In this document: positions 11,730 through 22,766 of the stretch, piece after piece
Position numbering within the stretch: the first letter of the stretch is position 1
How the letters are laid out: every line of letters begins with the position of its first letter
Made by a program: the position numbers and the translations under genes
Notes under the pieces: model-generated
Told to the model about the DNA's origin: nothing
Database searches by the model: none
The model's input: only the letters and a program-made list of their open reading frames with translations
Origin: Botryllus schlosseri
Lineage: Eukaryota
Length of the DNA: 64,000 nucleotides
Reading direction: 5' to 3'
Assembly (NCBI GenBank): GCA_051294905.1
Contig: CM119372.1
Coordinates: forward strand, 15,502,001-15,566,000

Positions 11730-14700
11730 ATGGCAAGGTGAGATTCTTCCTTCTATGCAATATTCATTAGCTGGTGTTTCAAACGCAAGTAATTTGCTAA
11801 ATAGTTGTCAATGTTATTTCGACCTTTGTTTGTTTGTTTGACGTATTCATGGTGTTTCGACAACTGTGGTCATTTACACCAGGTCAATTTTATTCAATTT
11901 TTTCCGTAGCTTCCGACTCGTAGCACGGCTTACTTGCTTGTTTGTTTGGGGTATTCATGGTGTTTGTCGACTACAACGGTCATTTACACCAGGCCGATTT
12001 TCTGCATTTTTGATTTCGTATCTGCCGACTTATACACGGCCCACTTCTAGGCTTTTTGTAAGACACCGCATACGCGGATGAGGTGGCGAGGAGGAGCCTA
12101 GATAAATCTCCTACACTTAGGTAGGAATTCTAAAGTCGCGAACCCGTAACTCATAGGTGTTGCAACCGCGGATTATACCACTGTGCTATCTCGCCACACC
12201 ACGGCTTACTTCTAGGCTTTTATAAGATAACGCTTACACAAATGAGATCTCGACCTTTGTGTTGTTATGCAATGCTGTCCGTTGACTTCAATCAGCGCTG
12301 GTGTTCATTTACTGATTATGCTGAACAATCTACTGTACTGTAGACTCATGTCGCTGTGTTCTTAATATCGATTTCATCCTGCTTCATTCTTCATGCAGTG
12401 CAGTACCAATATTGTTAGCATTAGGTTGTTCATGGCCATAGGGTTTTCTATAATATATAATAAGATACCAATATATTATATGATGGCATTCAGGAGGGCA
12501 TTTGTCGAGTTATGTCAAACCGCGGATGACTGGATCGAACTTCGAGAAATCTTCACTCGATCATTCAAGAAATATCCTCTCTTCGAATACATCATACCGA
12601 ATGAAGAAAAACGCTTTGAGTTCGTTAGAAGATTTTTTGATGCGAATTACAAAGTTCATACAGAGGATGGAAGTGCTCTACCACTTCTGATAAGGAAATT
12701 AAGCGGGCCGCAAAACGGAAACGACTTGCCATCGCTCATGCGACAAAAGGTAAATAATTGCACGTTACATTTCGTCTGTTGGATCCAGTCACGGCTAATC
12801 TACCAGTTTTACCGAAGTGATAAATGTATTTATCCCCAATGCATGCACAATGCACATATGACAGTGGTGAGAAAAACCGAACGTAGGTAAATGATTCAGA
12901 TTTATTTAATTACTGGGAGGATTTTAATAGTTTTATTTTGGGCTACTATGCAGTCAATGAAACCAGAATGTTGACATGAGTCGCTAGCCGTAGGTAACAG
13001 CGTTACGCTGTAAGCAAAAACTTCCTTCCGTTGCCGGTGTGAAATCCATCATTTGCAGAAGTATCGTTCATTATTTGACATCTTTCTTCCCGTGTCCCCG
13101 CTTTCACAACACATTGGCACCACACTGCAAATTTCTTGGAATCTAATGTATAGGCATTTTCGATCCAATTAATTTTGGGATATGTCATATCATTCAATCG
13201 TGGAAATGTGTGACCCCTAAACTCGGGGTTTCGTGAACGTTTGTGCGGACTTAGTGAGTGAAGGGTGTGATGGGCGTTTGAAAGAGGAAATTCGAGAGAG
13301 ATTATATCTGGTATGTCATTTTTCATGTCTGTTAGGAGGCAAATACTGCGGATTGCAATTCAGTGTTTCGCTCTTTAACTGAAGCCCCAGAACCTCTAGA
13401 ACAGTGGTCCTCAACCGGGGGTCCGCGAAACCGCTGAAGTTATAAAATGATTGATAACCTAATTTGTATTTTTTTAATTAGACAAAGCATGAGACAGTTC
13501 CGCTTCATAATTGCTAAAACTTAGGACTCATCTCAACTAATTATGGTCGTCTAAGATGAAATATCCGACTGTGAAAACTCATTTTAATTGTGAAATTTGC
13601 AATAGCCTGCCAATGCAAACATATTCCTGCTTAGAGTTGTTTTGTTGGGGTTTGTGAGAAAATTTAAAGTTGGAGATAGCAAGGTCAAACAGGGTGACTT
13701 CGAAATGATTGCAAAACATTTTGAATTTGGAGTTGTCAGTCTCGGCAACTTAGTGAATGAATTCTTTTCCTAATCTGTCCCAATGAAGGAGTTGAAAACT
13801 CGTCACGAAACCCTCCTGTGATATACCCAGCAAATAACTTCAAGATGAGATGATGGATAGAAATGACTACAGGCTGGACGGGATATGTTCATTAAAAACT
13901 CACACCAAATGCTTTCGCCACATTCGCCACCATCTATCTTTGTGGAAATGGATTTTCGGCACTCGTTCATATCAAGTCGAAGACGCGTATTTCCAAGACA
14001 AGAAATAGAGCTGTAAAATTCGCTTCGAAATAATATAGGTCTACCCAATTTCTACATATAGTGTGGTGTTATTTTCAAAAAAAGTTATTTTGTGGCTGTT
14101 TATCACTAGCCTACAAATAATATTTGCACAAGACGGTTGCACGATAATACAGCTATTTTTGAACGAGAACTTGAGGGGGTCCGCGGGGGTCCGTGACGGT
14201 CCCAAAGGGGCCCGCGAAGACAAAAAGGTTGAGAACCACTGCTCTGGAAAGTAGAAATTTCCGAAACTTAGGGCTATGCAATTAGCACATCGTACGACTA
14301 AGGATGGACCGTGGATATTTACTGTTATTCGGTCAATTTCGTGTCAAGTACATGCATAAATACCGACTCGCAATTCCGCCTGCTGGGCTTAAATTCGGAT
14401 GTTCACAGCACACGGAAAATTGGACCAAGACGGTTGGTGGTGTTCTCTTCATTGAACCTGCAAAGGACGGCATAGGTTGGGCATCGAATCCAAACGATGT
14501 TTACGTGAAGTCCTATTTACAACACGGTTTGCGGGATATTGACGCGGAAGCATTTGAGAGACTGAAAACGTAAATATTCATCCCTTCATATACTGTATAC
14601 CTACTTGATTCTGTAATGAAGTCTATTAAGTGAAGAATGATAGCGTGGGCTTATAAGTATTGATTTTCGTAGGTATGAAGAATGGGAGACTGACAACGTA

Positions 14701-15276
14701 ACTGACTATCTCTTCGGACTGAAAATACCGCTTTGGAATGGCATGCTGTGCGCGATTAAACCTAAATACGCCGGGAACGGAATAGGCAGCGAAGCCTTTT
14801 CCGAATGCATGAAGTACATCGGCAGAAGGCATTCCGATTTGAAAAATACCAATAGCTCGATCCACAATACTGCCGAAGAGAGTAAGAGAATCGGTACAAT
14901 TTCGAAATCGTCCATGCGGAGGAAATCAACGGAGGACCATAACTCGTTCGATAACCTCACCACAAAGATATTACGTAATCTGTCGCTAATCACGCACCAT
15001 CCACATCACGCGTACTCTTTTAACGCTGTGTCTTTCGAAAGGCCGCCTACGCCGCACAGGCGCGTCAGGCGCAAGTCGCCAAAGAAATTGTGCAAACCAA
15101 GTGACACGAAGCAACAGTTACTCGCGTTGAGTCACTGTCCAAGCGCGGTGCGTTTTCATATGAAAAACGGTTTCCAGTGCATTAAGAAAATTCCGTACCA
15201 ACCACCTGGCCAACCGAACCCGGTGTTCTATGTACACGTTTTGATGACAGAAGTGGAAAAATATATGACGAAGTAG
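11730..15276 (+). CDS. GNAT-family N-acetyltransferase-like gene, paralog 1; join(11730..11737,12494..12749,14409..14569,14673..15276), ~342 aa
   Basis: Exons join in frame through GT-AG sites: ttcag|G 12494, AAG|gtaaat 12749, cacag|CAC 14409, AC|gtaaat 14569, cgtag|G 14673, TAG stop ending 15276. Motifs: FKKYPLF, VGGVLF, YEEWE, WNGMLCAIKPKYAGNGIG (motif A-like), LALSH..AVRFHMKNGF (motif B-like). Exon 1 (ATG GCA AG|gtgaga) is inferred; an in-frame ATG at 12480 is an alternative start. Confidence 0.85.
11826..12245 (-). mobile_element. tRNA-derived SINE family B: full copy (11936-12199) inserted in an older partial copy
   Basis: Minus-strand head GTGGCGAGATAGCACAGTGG, (CAAA)n tail, 12-bp TSD cacggcttactt at 11924-11935 and 12200-12211. 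Confidence 0.85.
13402..14241. mobile_element. hAT/Charlie-like non-autonomous element in intron 2 of paralog 1
   Basis: CAGTGGTCCTCAACC / GGTTGAGAACCACTG termini, TSD ctctagaa / ctctggaa; inverted relative at 40480-41247. Confidence 0.88.
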
Positions 15277-17680
15277 GCAAACGTCAATCATATAGCTTAT
15301 TTCTTCAAATATGCATCTTATTGTTATATACATCAAGGTATTTTTATATTATTTACACGTATCGCTATCACGGTGCAAACACCATTGTTTTTGCAATTAG
15401 ACTCATCGAATCATATGAAGGTATCCTAGATGCAGCCCTGTGACACAATATATGAGTGAATGCTTTTTGTACTATTCCCTTATCCTTAGTTTATTTCTTT
15501 CGAAATAGCAAACGGCATTATTTTGAGAAGACAGCCGTGTAATCATATGAAGGGCCGGTTAGGTACCTGAAATACACCCCCCTTGTGACGTGACACAGAT
15601 TCTGAGTGAATTCGTTTTATACCATTTCCTCTTAGTTATCTGTTTTGATAAATCGTCAAACGTTACCTATGTTCTTGTATAGCTATAGATAAATAAGTAT
15701 TGCAATAATATCGATAATGTAAAGTCGAATATTTTCATGCATCTTCAACTGTGATTTTCTGCGTTTTATTAGGCAAGACCGTTCGATTCCTGCCTTATTT
15801 CTTCTGGTGTTCAAAATTTTCGTTTCATTTTTGCTATAAAATATTCTCGAGTCTTCATTGTCCTCTCAACAAGTTCGAGTTTTCGTATGACGTTGATGTT
15901 ATTGTAGACAATACAGATGCCATTGGAATTAGGAGAACATACAAATAGCAGAAAGAATTGTTAACGGCTCTATAGATCGGCTATTACAACGTGAAAGGAT
16001 TATAGTTACCACACAACCTACGAACCAAGAAAGTAATGGCAGCAGACTATAAAGCGCGCATGATTAGGGACTGGACAAAGCGGTATGACCTATGAGATGA
16101 CTATATCTCACATGTTACACTGTTAGTGACACAGATGGAGATACTCAATCTGGCCCAATGAGTTACACATGAGACGTGTGTTCGCACAGACTACTTTCTC
16201 GTGAGCAGAAATCGTAAATATATAGTTGTCCCGGGTTGCGGGAATATATCACCCGACGATCAATTACACCAACATAATGAGCACTTGGGACTTTTGGGAA
16301 CGGTTATACTTGCTTTTACGAATCACCTCACTCGCACCGTTTTCAATATACCGTAAACGTGGACAATAGTCCAGACATATGAATCGTCTTCACGAAATTT
16401 ATGGTGACAGCACAACGGAGTATGGATAAAGAATACATCAGCTGTGCGATCCCGTGGCGTGCAGCTACAATGTTCCACAGAATAAGTACGCTACTATGAG
16501 AGGTGAAATAATTTGTAAAATAGGCCATGCCGTGAGAATTGCGATTACAGTTCAATGCAGAAGAGTACCAACAACATCAATCTTTATCCAAAATATCCGT
16601 TTCACGCCACATGTCACAGGCTTAGATTATAGTGAAGTTAAACTGCATCATTTGATCTTTACACCACAAAATTGTGAAGCATTGAAGTGATAGAAAGGTT
16701 TTAATCTTTATCGATTAGGACCCGGCTCTGTCTGCAGAAACGAAGGAATGGATATTTTAAAATGAGACATGAAGTTCAGTGGATAGAGCCTGGGTGATAG
16801 GGTGAAATAGGGCACCTTGGATTGCGATATAGTTACACCCACATTGCCTCCTGAAAACTTCGATCGTTTTGTCTTCGGCGTTTAATTCACGTATATAGGA
16901 AGTAAAGGACGCAAGACAGATCAAATGACAACATTTTATAATCGAGCTATGGATTGATGTCGCCGTCATCGTTAGTGTAAGTTATTTTCGAAATGTTATT
17001 GGCTCATTCTGGTTGCGTATGAGGACGCACAGCCTATGACAATATTGGAATAAAATCGATCGGTCTGAAGCCCTGCATCTAATTTACGGATTTACCGATG
17101 CTTGGTTGAGCGAGTGATCACTCAAGACGGGTGTGACGAGACAAGCGTGAAATGCTCATTGAGACTGACATTTGATTATTTTAGAGGCAGATGATGGTGA
17201 AGTCTGCTTTAACGAGCGAATTGTGTCAACAACAGTTGTAAATTCTTTGCTCTGACTATTTTCATATTGATGGGTGGCCCCAAGCGACCGTAACGGGAAA
17301 CGACTACCAACACGTCAGGATATAGGTTACCCGAAAACGCGGGGCCATGTAAGTTTGATGAGAATTTCAGAACCACCATATCGATCCGTCTGTCTACTGA
17401 TTGTCATGTTGCTGTTCGGCGGTCTCTCGTACGCAGCTTGTAGTGCACCAGACCCTGGCAGCGATAAGCACCACTCGACTTAGCACTATCAATCGATAAT
17501 ATTCGTCAGGTTGCTCATTTGAGTTGTAGCCGATGCTCAGCAATTCAATTTTACTGAGAACGTTGCTTTAAAAATCATAGTTCTTTCTAATGTGAGTATC
17601 ATGGTCATGTCGATTGGTCATCGAGTGAAAAAACGTGATTGAATTGACTTTTGGAAGGTTTGCTGATTAGGTTTTTCATT

Positions 17681-19018
17681 ATAGCGATGGTGCGAACCCC
17701 TGAAAGGTTCTAAGTGAACGCGAACGTGAACATGAACCTTGATATCACGTGTCGTCCTATTGCTAATCTCAATCCCATGTTTATGCAAAGTAGACCTAAT
17801 ATATTAATGCACACGATACCCATATCGACGGCTCGAGCGTCGAGCCACATTATGCCACAATGCTGAAGTACAGGCTGATTTTTTTAGCATCACCAAATGT
17901 TCAACTGGAACAATCGAATGCTATAATAATTCCATAGAATCAATATCTTCAGCAGCTTTGCTAACGATCTCGACGAGAACTTCCAAGGGTTTATACGCTT
18001 ACGCATTCGGACTTAACAATGTATTCTTAAGGCGTGGTCAGACTATTGATACATTGATATTGATGAAAGTGGAAAACCGGTTTCTATACAGTAATTACCT
18101 CAAAAACAAGTCATACAGTAGTCAGCACCTAGGATTGCATTTAAAACAAAAAATCTATTTAAAACAAACATGTATAAAACAAGGCCCTTGTTTAAATCCT
18201 GTTTTTTATTGTTTTATGTTGTTATTATTTTATCAGTCATAACGTCACGAATATTCAATTGTGACATCATAGTCGACTAACATTCACAATTGAAAATATC
18301 GGGTAAATATAGCTCCCTTGACAAAATAGGCTTCCAACCCCTGTCATATACGCAGCAAAAATATTCTTAACCAGGACTACATCGTCATGCAGCATTTTTA
18401 CGGTCGGCGGTCATCATCATCAGAACATTTCATTCCGTACCAATGATCTATATCTATACGTACGATAGCTGTTGAGTCGACTATTTCGAGGGTTCCAACC
18501 ATTCCACATCGTCAGCTATTTCGGGATGTAATCGTCCGTAGGCTCATACTATGTTTTTTGGAATGTATTTACACAATTATGGCAAAATTGAACTACTTAA
18601 AAAACACAATTTCTTTTAAAACGTATTTTTTAAACAACCATTTGTTTTAAATGCAACCCTATCGACAATTCAACACCCATTCGGAAGGATTTGGTTTTTA
18701 TGATACAATAAACATATCAAATCAAGATAGATTCCGCAATCTTGCTAGATTTTATACATTAGCTAACGATATGTTCTATATATCAATTTCGCTCATGCAA
18801 ATAATTGATCGGTTTGTTGATTAAGCACAATTCCCTGACTACCTATATACATGTAGAATATTTCGTTCTCGCTATTGTGTGATTGCGGGCAAAGCAGAGA
18901 GTCACTTAATATTCACAAACGAAAATTGCGGGTATGGTGCATGCTCGCTTGACATCGCGAACTTCCATATTTCTGAGGTTTACACACCGAACGCGAACCT
19001 CACGTTCACACCATCCCT
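17681..19018. mobile_element. decayed MITE with GTGAAC repeats, host to the 18130-18661 element
   Basis: Left TAGCGATGGTGCGAAC.., right ..GTTCACACCATCCCT; right part homologous to ~24220-24546. Confidence 0.55.
18130..18661. mobile_element. MITE (TAGG[G/A]TTGCATTTAAAACAAA termini)
   Basis: ~21-bp TIR; diverged inverted copy at ~41852-42380. Confidence 0.75.
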
Positions 19019-19141
19019 CTTTTCAGAATTCCTGAAGGCAGAAGAAGTAATCCATGCCTATGATTGATCTCAGAGCGATGTAGACGAAGTAACATAACGT
19101 GGTTCCGCTCTTCGAAAACAGGACATCATTATAAGTTACTG

Positions 19142-19575
19142 CAGGGCCGTAACTGCTGCACCCCAAACCCCCAATTGGGGTGGGCCCGAGCTCGAAGGGC
19201 GCCAAAATTATAAATTATTTCGTAAAGTAATATAAATTATAGAGTAATTTTCGGATATTTATGGAACTTTATTCAACTTTTCGTCGCGATGACAATGACG
19301 TTTCGGCTAACTACTCTGCGTAATGTGCTGCCAAAAATCTCGGCGGTGAGAAACCCTCGAGCCAAAAGAACCGCCTCATGTTGGCAGAAAGACTTTGATT
19401 TTGTTCGCACATTGCACGGGGAGACGGCAATAGTCTGCTAGCCCACCGTTACCCTCTGAGAACAAGAACAGAACACTATTGTTGTGATCACGTACGACGT
19501 AGAGGAGGGCTTCGCCCCCAGAAGTTTGGTTTATCACCCTATGGCATGACGAAGTGATTTTCGGTCTTGAGTTAC
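19142..19575. mobile_element. MITE-like repeat related to 5430-5700
   Basis: CAGGGCCGTAACTGCTGCACCCCAAACCCCCAATTGGGG is close to the reverse complement of ~5555-5596; shares TTTATCACCCTATG with the ~324-bp unit. Confidence 0.55.
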
Positions 19576-20901
19576 TGCATGCTTCGTGCTTATACCGCAG
19601 AAACGGACAACTTATTTCTTTGCTACACTTTTAGTATAATTTTTTCCGTTAGGTGATGAACGAGATACGTTATTAAATGTGGGTTATCAATTCGTAAACC
19701 AAGTAGCGCGGCGTGGCTCGGATGAAGCAGCGCACTAAGCACAATCGATCACTTGCGGTGTTTGCAGTCAATCAAGTTTTAATAGTATTTGCATCATGTC
19801 AAAACATCGCATGGACGCGTTACACTGAAAAATACTTACCGCATGTTTTTCAAGCACCACAAGCGAATATTGTCAAGGCAAAGAAGAGCTGCGTTTATTA
19901 TGAGATCGACTCACTCAGGCCGAAGCTCATCAAAAACCACTAACGGGTGCATGATCAGACGAAAACGCCGTTACATTCAATTCGAATTGTGACGAATCAA
20001 ATTCACCATCAGGTGGTCATGATATCAAATGATCCTTCTTTTTTAGGCAAATCTATTTAGCATATTACACGGATGTGTGAATTTGCTGGGGAGCAAGTAT
20101 GGCAATCTTCTGCAAAGAGACTCCCGATACTACAAATTATTAAACCCTAGTGCAGGGGTGTCAAACATACGGCCCGTGGGCCGCATCCGTCCAGCCAGAC
20201 GATTTCATCCGGCCCGCGAAGTCATTCTGAGTAGATTGGAAAATGCTTGTATTATCCACTACATTTCTAACTGAGGTTGAAATTTTTAGTATGAAATACT
20301 TCAATCAAACAGACAGACAGACAGACAGACAGAAAATGTCGAGCATGTTCAATGTTCATAGGCAACATATAACCACCCGACAGTGGTATAGTTGTTTCAC
20401 TCTACTCTACAAGTCGGCGACATTGACACCAAATTCCAGGAAGGCAAAAATTGCACACTGAATTTTTAGTTTTGTGGAAAAATTTATCGAAGATTAGTTA
20501 TTCACACAAGCGAAAACGCCAGTGCAAACCCGCTATATGCGGCTTAAATGAAGAATATTACACAAAAAATGTATTACAAATAACCGTGATCGCAGTGCTG
20601 CATTAGCCTACTTCCGACTCAAAAGTTCCCTGCCTTCTGAGAAACCCGTGTCGCGATTTCATTATAGCCTGATGAACCAAATTCCAACGACCGCGTTTAC
20701 GGTTAATATCTCTTGTATTGCTCAGAACGCACACGCAAGGCTGAAGGCAGAGTACGACAAAAATAAAGGGAGCATTGAAGTATGCCAACTTATATCGCCG
20801 TTAGAGCCGCTGTTTTAGTGGTTTGTAAATGTCTGCAACCGGTCAGTCATCGTATTTGTCAATTCCGTTGATTGTAAACAACGGTGTTGCTAGAATAGAA
20901 C

Positions 20902-22151
20902 CAGTGTTGCCAACTCCGGATGGAAGAAAATCGCTAAAACTGGTGTCAAAAATCGCTAGATGGCGCTAAATATTGAGAAAAAAGCGCTAAAAAATAGCGC
21001 TAAATCTGCAAAAGGTGCTAAAGGTGGTAAATTGAACCATTATATCGATATATTCTTCTCAGCTATATTTTACTCGTCTGGGGCCAAAGTCACTTATCAT
21101 ATTTCTAGTTCATAATACGTAATAGTCATATCTAAGCGGGACAAAACGGCAGTGCATTTCGATAGCAGATCGCTTTGCGCAACGATCGCTATGCGTTAAC
21201 AGTGAACACACTGAACACTGACCAGGTTTGCAGGCATAACCGCTCAGTATATCAGCGTGCCTTACTCGATGCGTCCGTGAATACTTGATGCGATGTACCG
21301 TGGTCCGTGGTTATGCGCTTGACTTCTTCTCTAAACTGTGTTGGAGTTGGCCTACTTCAACACGACATGCGACTTGACACACGTGTACACGACATGCGAC
21401 TTGACCCGACACAACACGACATTGAAACGGCTATAAGTAGAGACCTTAAGAAAATAATCCGAGGACCGACCCGGTGTATGAAATATAATTAATCTGGTCT
21501 TAAACGAATGACCAGATATTGGACCGACCTCAAAACAGCCCCCAAAGCCTGGAAATCGGCATTGATAAGAACAATCGCTGGACGGACGAAGTTGGTCATC
21601 GTTATGTTCATTGTGTTGCGGCGGTGCCATTGTTGGAGCAATAATGCCGGTTTTCAGACTTTGAGCTCTGTTTCGGGGTGCATGGTTCCATTGTCCGGAC
21701 GAGATTTTATTTTGTATTTTCGAAATCACTGCGAGTCTGCGACAACATCTTTCGATCATGGCCATTGGCCAATTATATCAAATTTCAGCGTTCAGGTCGC
21801 CAGATGTAGCACTGCCAACTATGCTACTTTTAGATTACTCAGCAAGAAGAGACACTGTTTGGCCATGCGTAACCGCCAGGAGTTGCGTATCTACTACTAT
21901 CTATCAGTAGGTAGTAATCAATAATTATATATCATCGGAGTCCGCACTCTGGTGACCGGTATAGCCAATGCAGTCGTCAGCCAGAACTGATCTTTAGTGG
22001 TTATTTTCGGTAAAAAAGCGCTAAATAATCGCTAAATACTTTTTCAAAAATCGCTAGATTTATCGCGAGGCGCTAGATCCATATTTTTTGGCGCTAAACC
22101 GGATGAAAAATCGCTAGATCTAGCGCGAAAATCGCTAAATTGGCAACACTG
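20902..22151. mobile_element. non-autonomous hAT element (Tip100-like termini)
   Basis: TIR CAGTGTTGCCAA / TTGGCAACACTG, perfect TSD aatagaac (20894-20901, 22152-22159), many subterminal AAATCGCTA repeats. Lies downstream of a Charlie-like left end at 20153. Confidence 0.92.
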
Positions 22152-22766
22152 AATAGAACCCCTATGGTTCGTATGCGTAATAAAATCCTTGATAATAAAG
22201 TATTCAAGTACAAAACATGGGCATGGATTTCGAGGAAACATTATCGAATCATTTGACTGGTGCGGCTCTCCAGCGACCTGAAGGTTTGAATCCGGCCCGC
22301 AACGCTAGTGTATCCAACTGCTCAATGCCAATCCAATGTCAACAGATAACGTATTTTGCTGATTAGTGAAGTGATTAGTGTTCTATTGATGATGAAGGCA
22401 GATGTTGCTATATGAGTTGCATGGTATTATTCTGTCTAAGTTCGCACTACAGAAACAATACGAAAACCATTACACACGAACACAATTGGATGATGTCAAA
22501 AGGGCGAAATTGCGGATACTGATATCAATGTATCGCGAGACACTTGATGTTTATAGCAACAAAAAGGTTACTGTGTTAAATATACACTAGTACCGCAGCA
22601 CACAAATCATCGTCAGGTAATGCGTTTCATCCGGAATCGTTAGCGAATTCAGTTGATTACATGGGATACCGTTTCGACTCTGAAGACCAGACGACAAAAC
22701 CCGGATGGTTGCCATCACGAATTGAAGATCAAAAGCTATACTACACTGTGTGCACAAAACGAAGCG

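Noticed and set aside
15409..15640. Degenerate ~130-bp tandem duplication downstream of paralog 1
   Set aside because: Only short blocks match (AATCATATGAAGG, GTGACACA, TGAGTGAAT) and no function can be supported.
21307..21924. ORFs of 137-138 aa inside the hAT element
   Set aside because: No transposase or other motif; they overlap on opposite strands and are likely chance.
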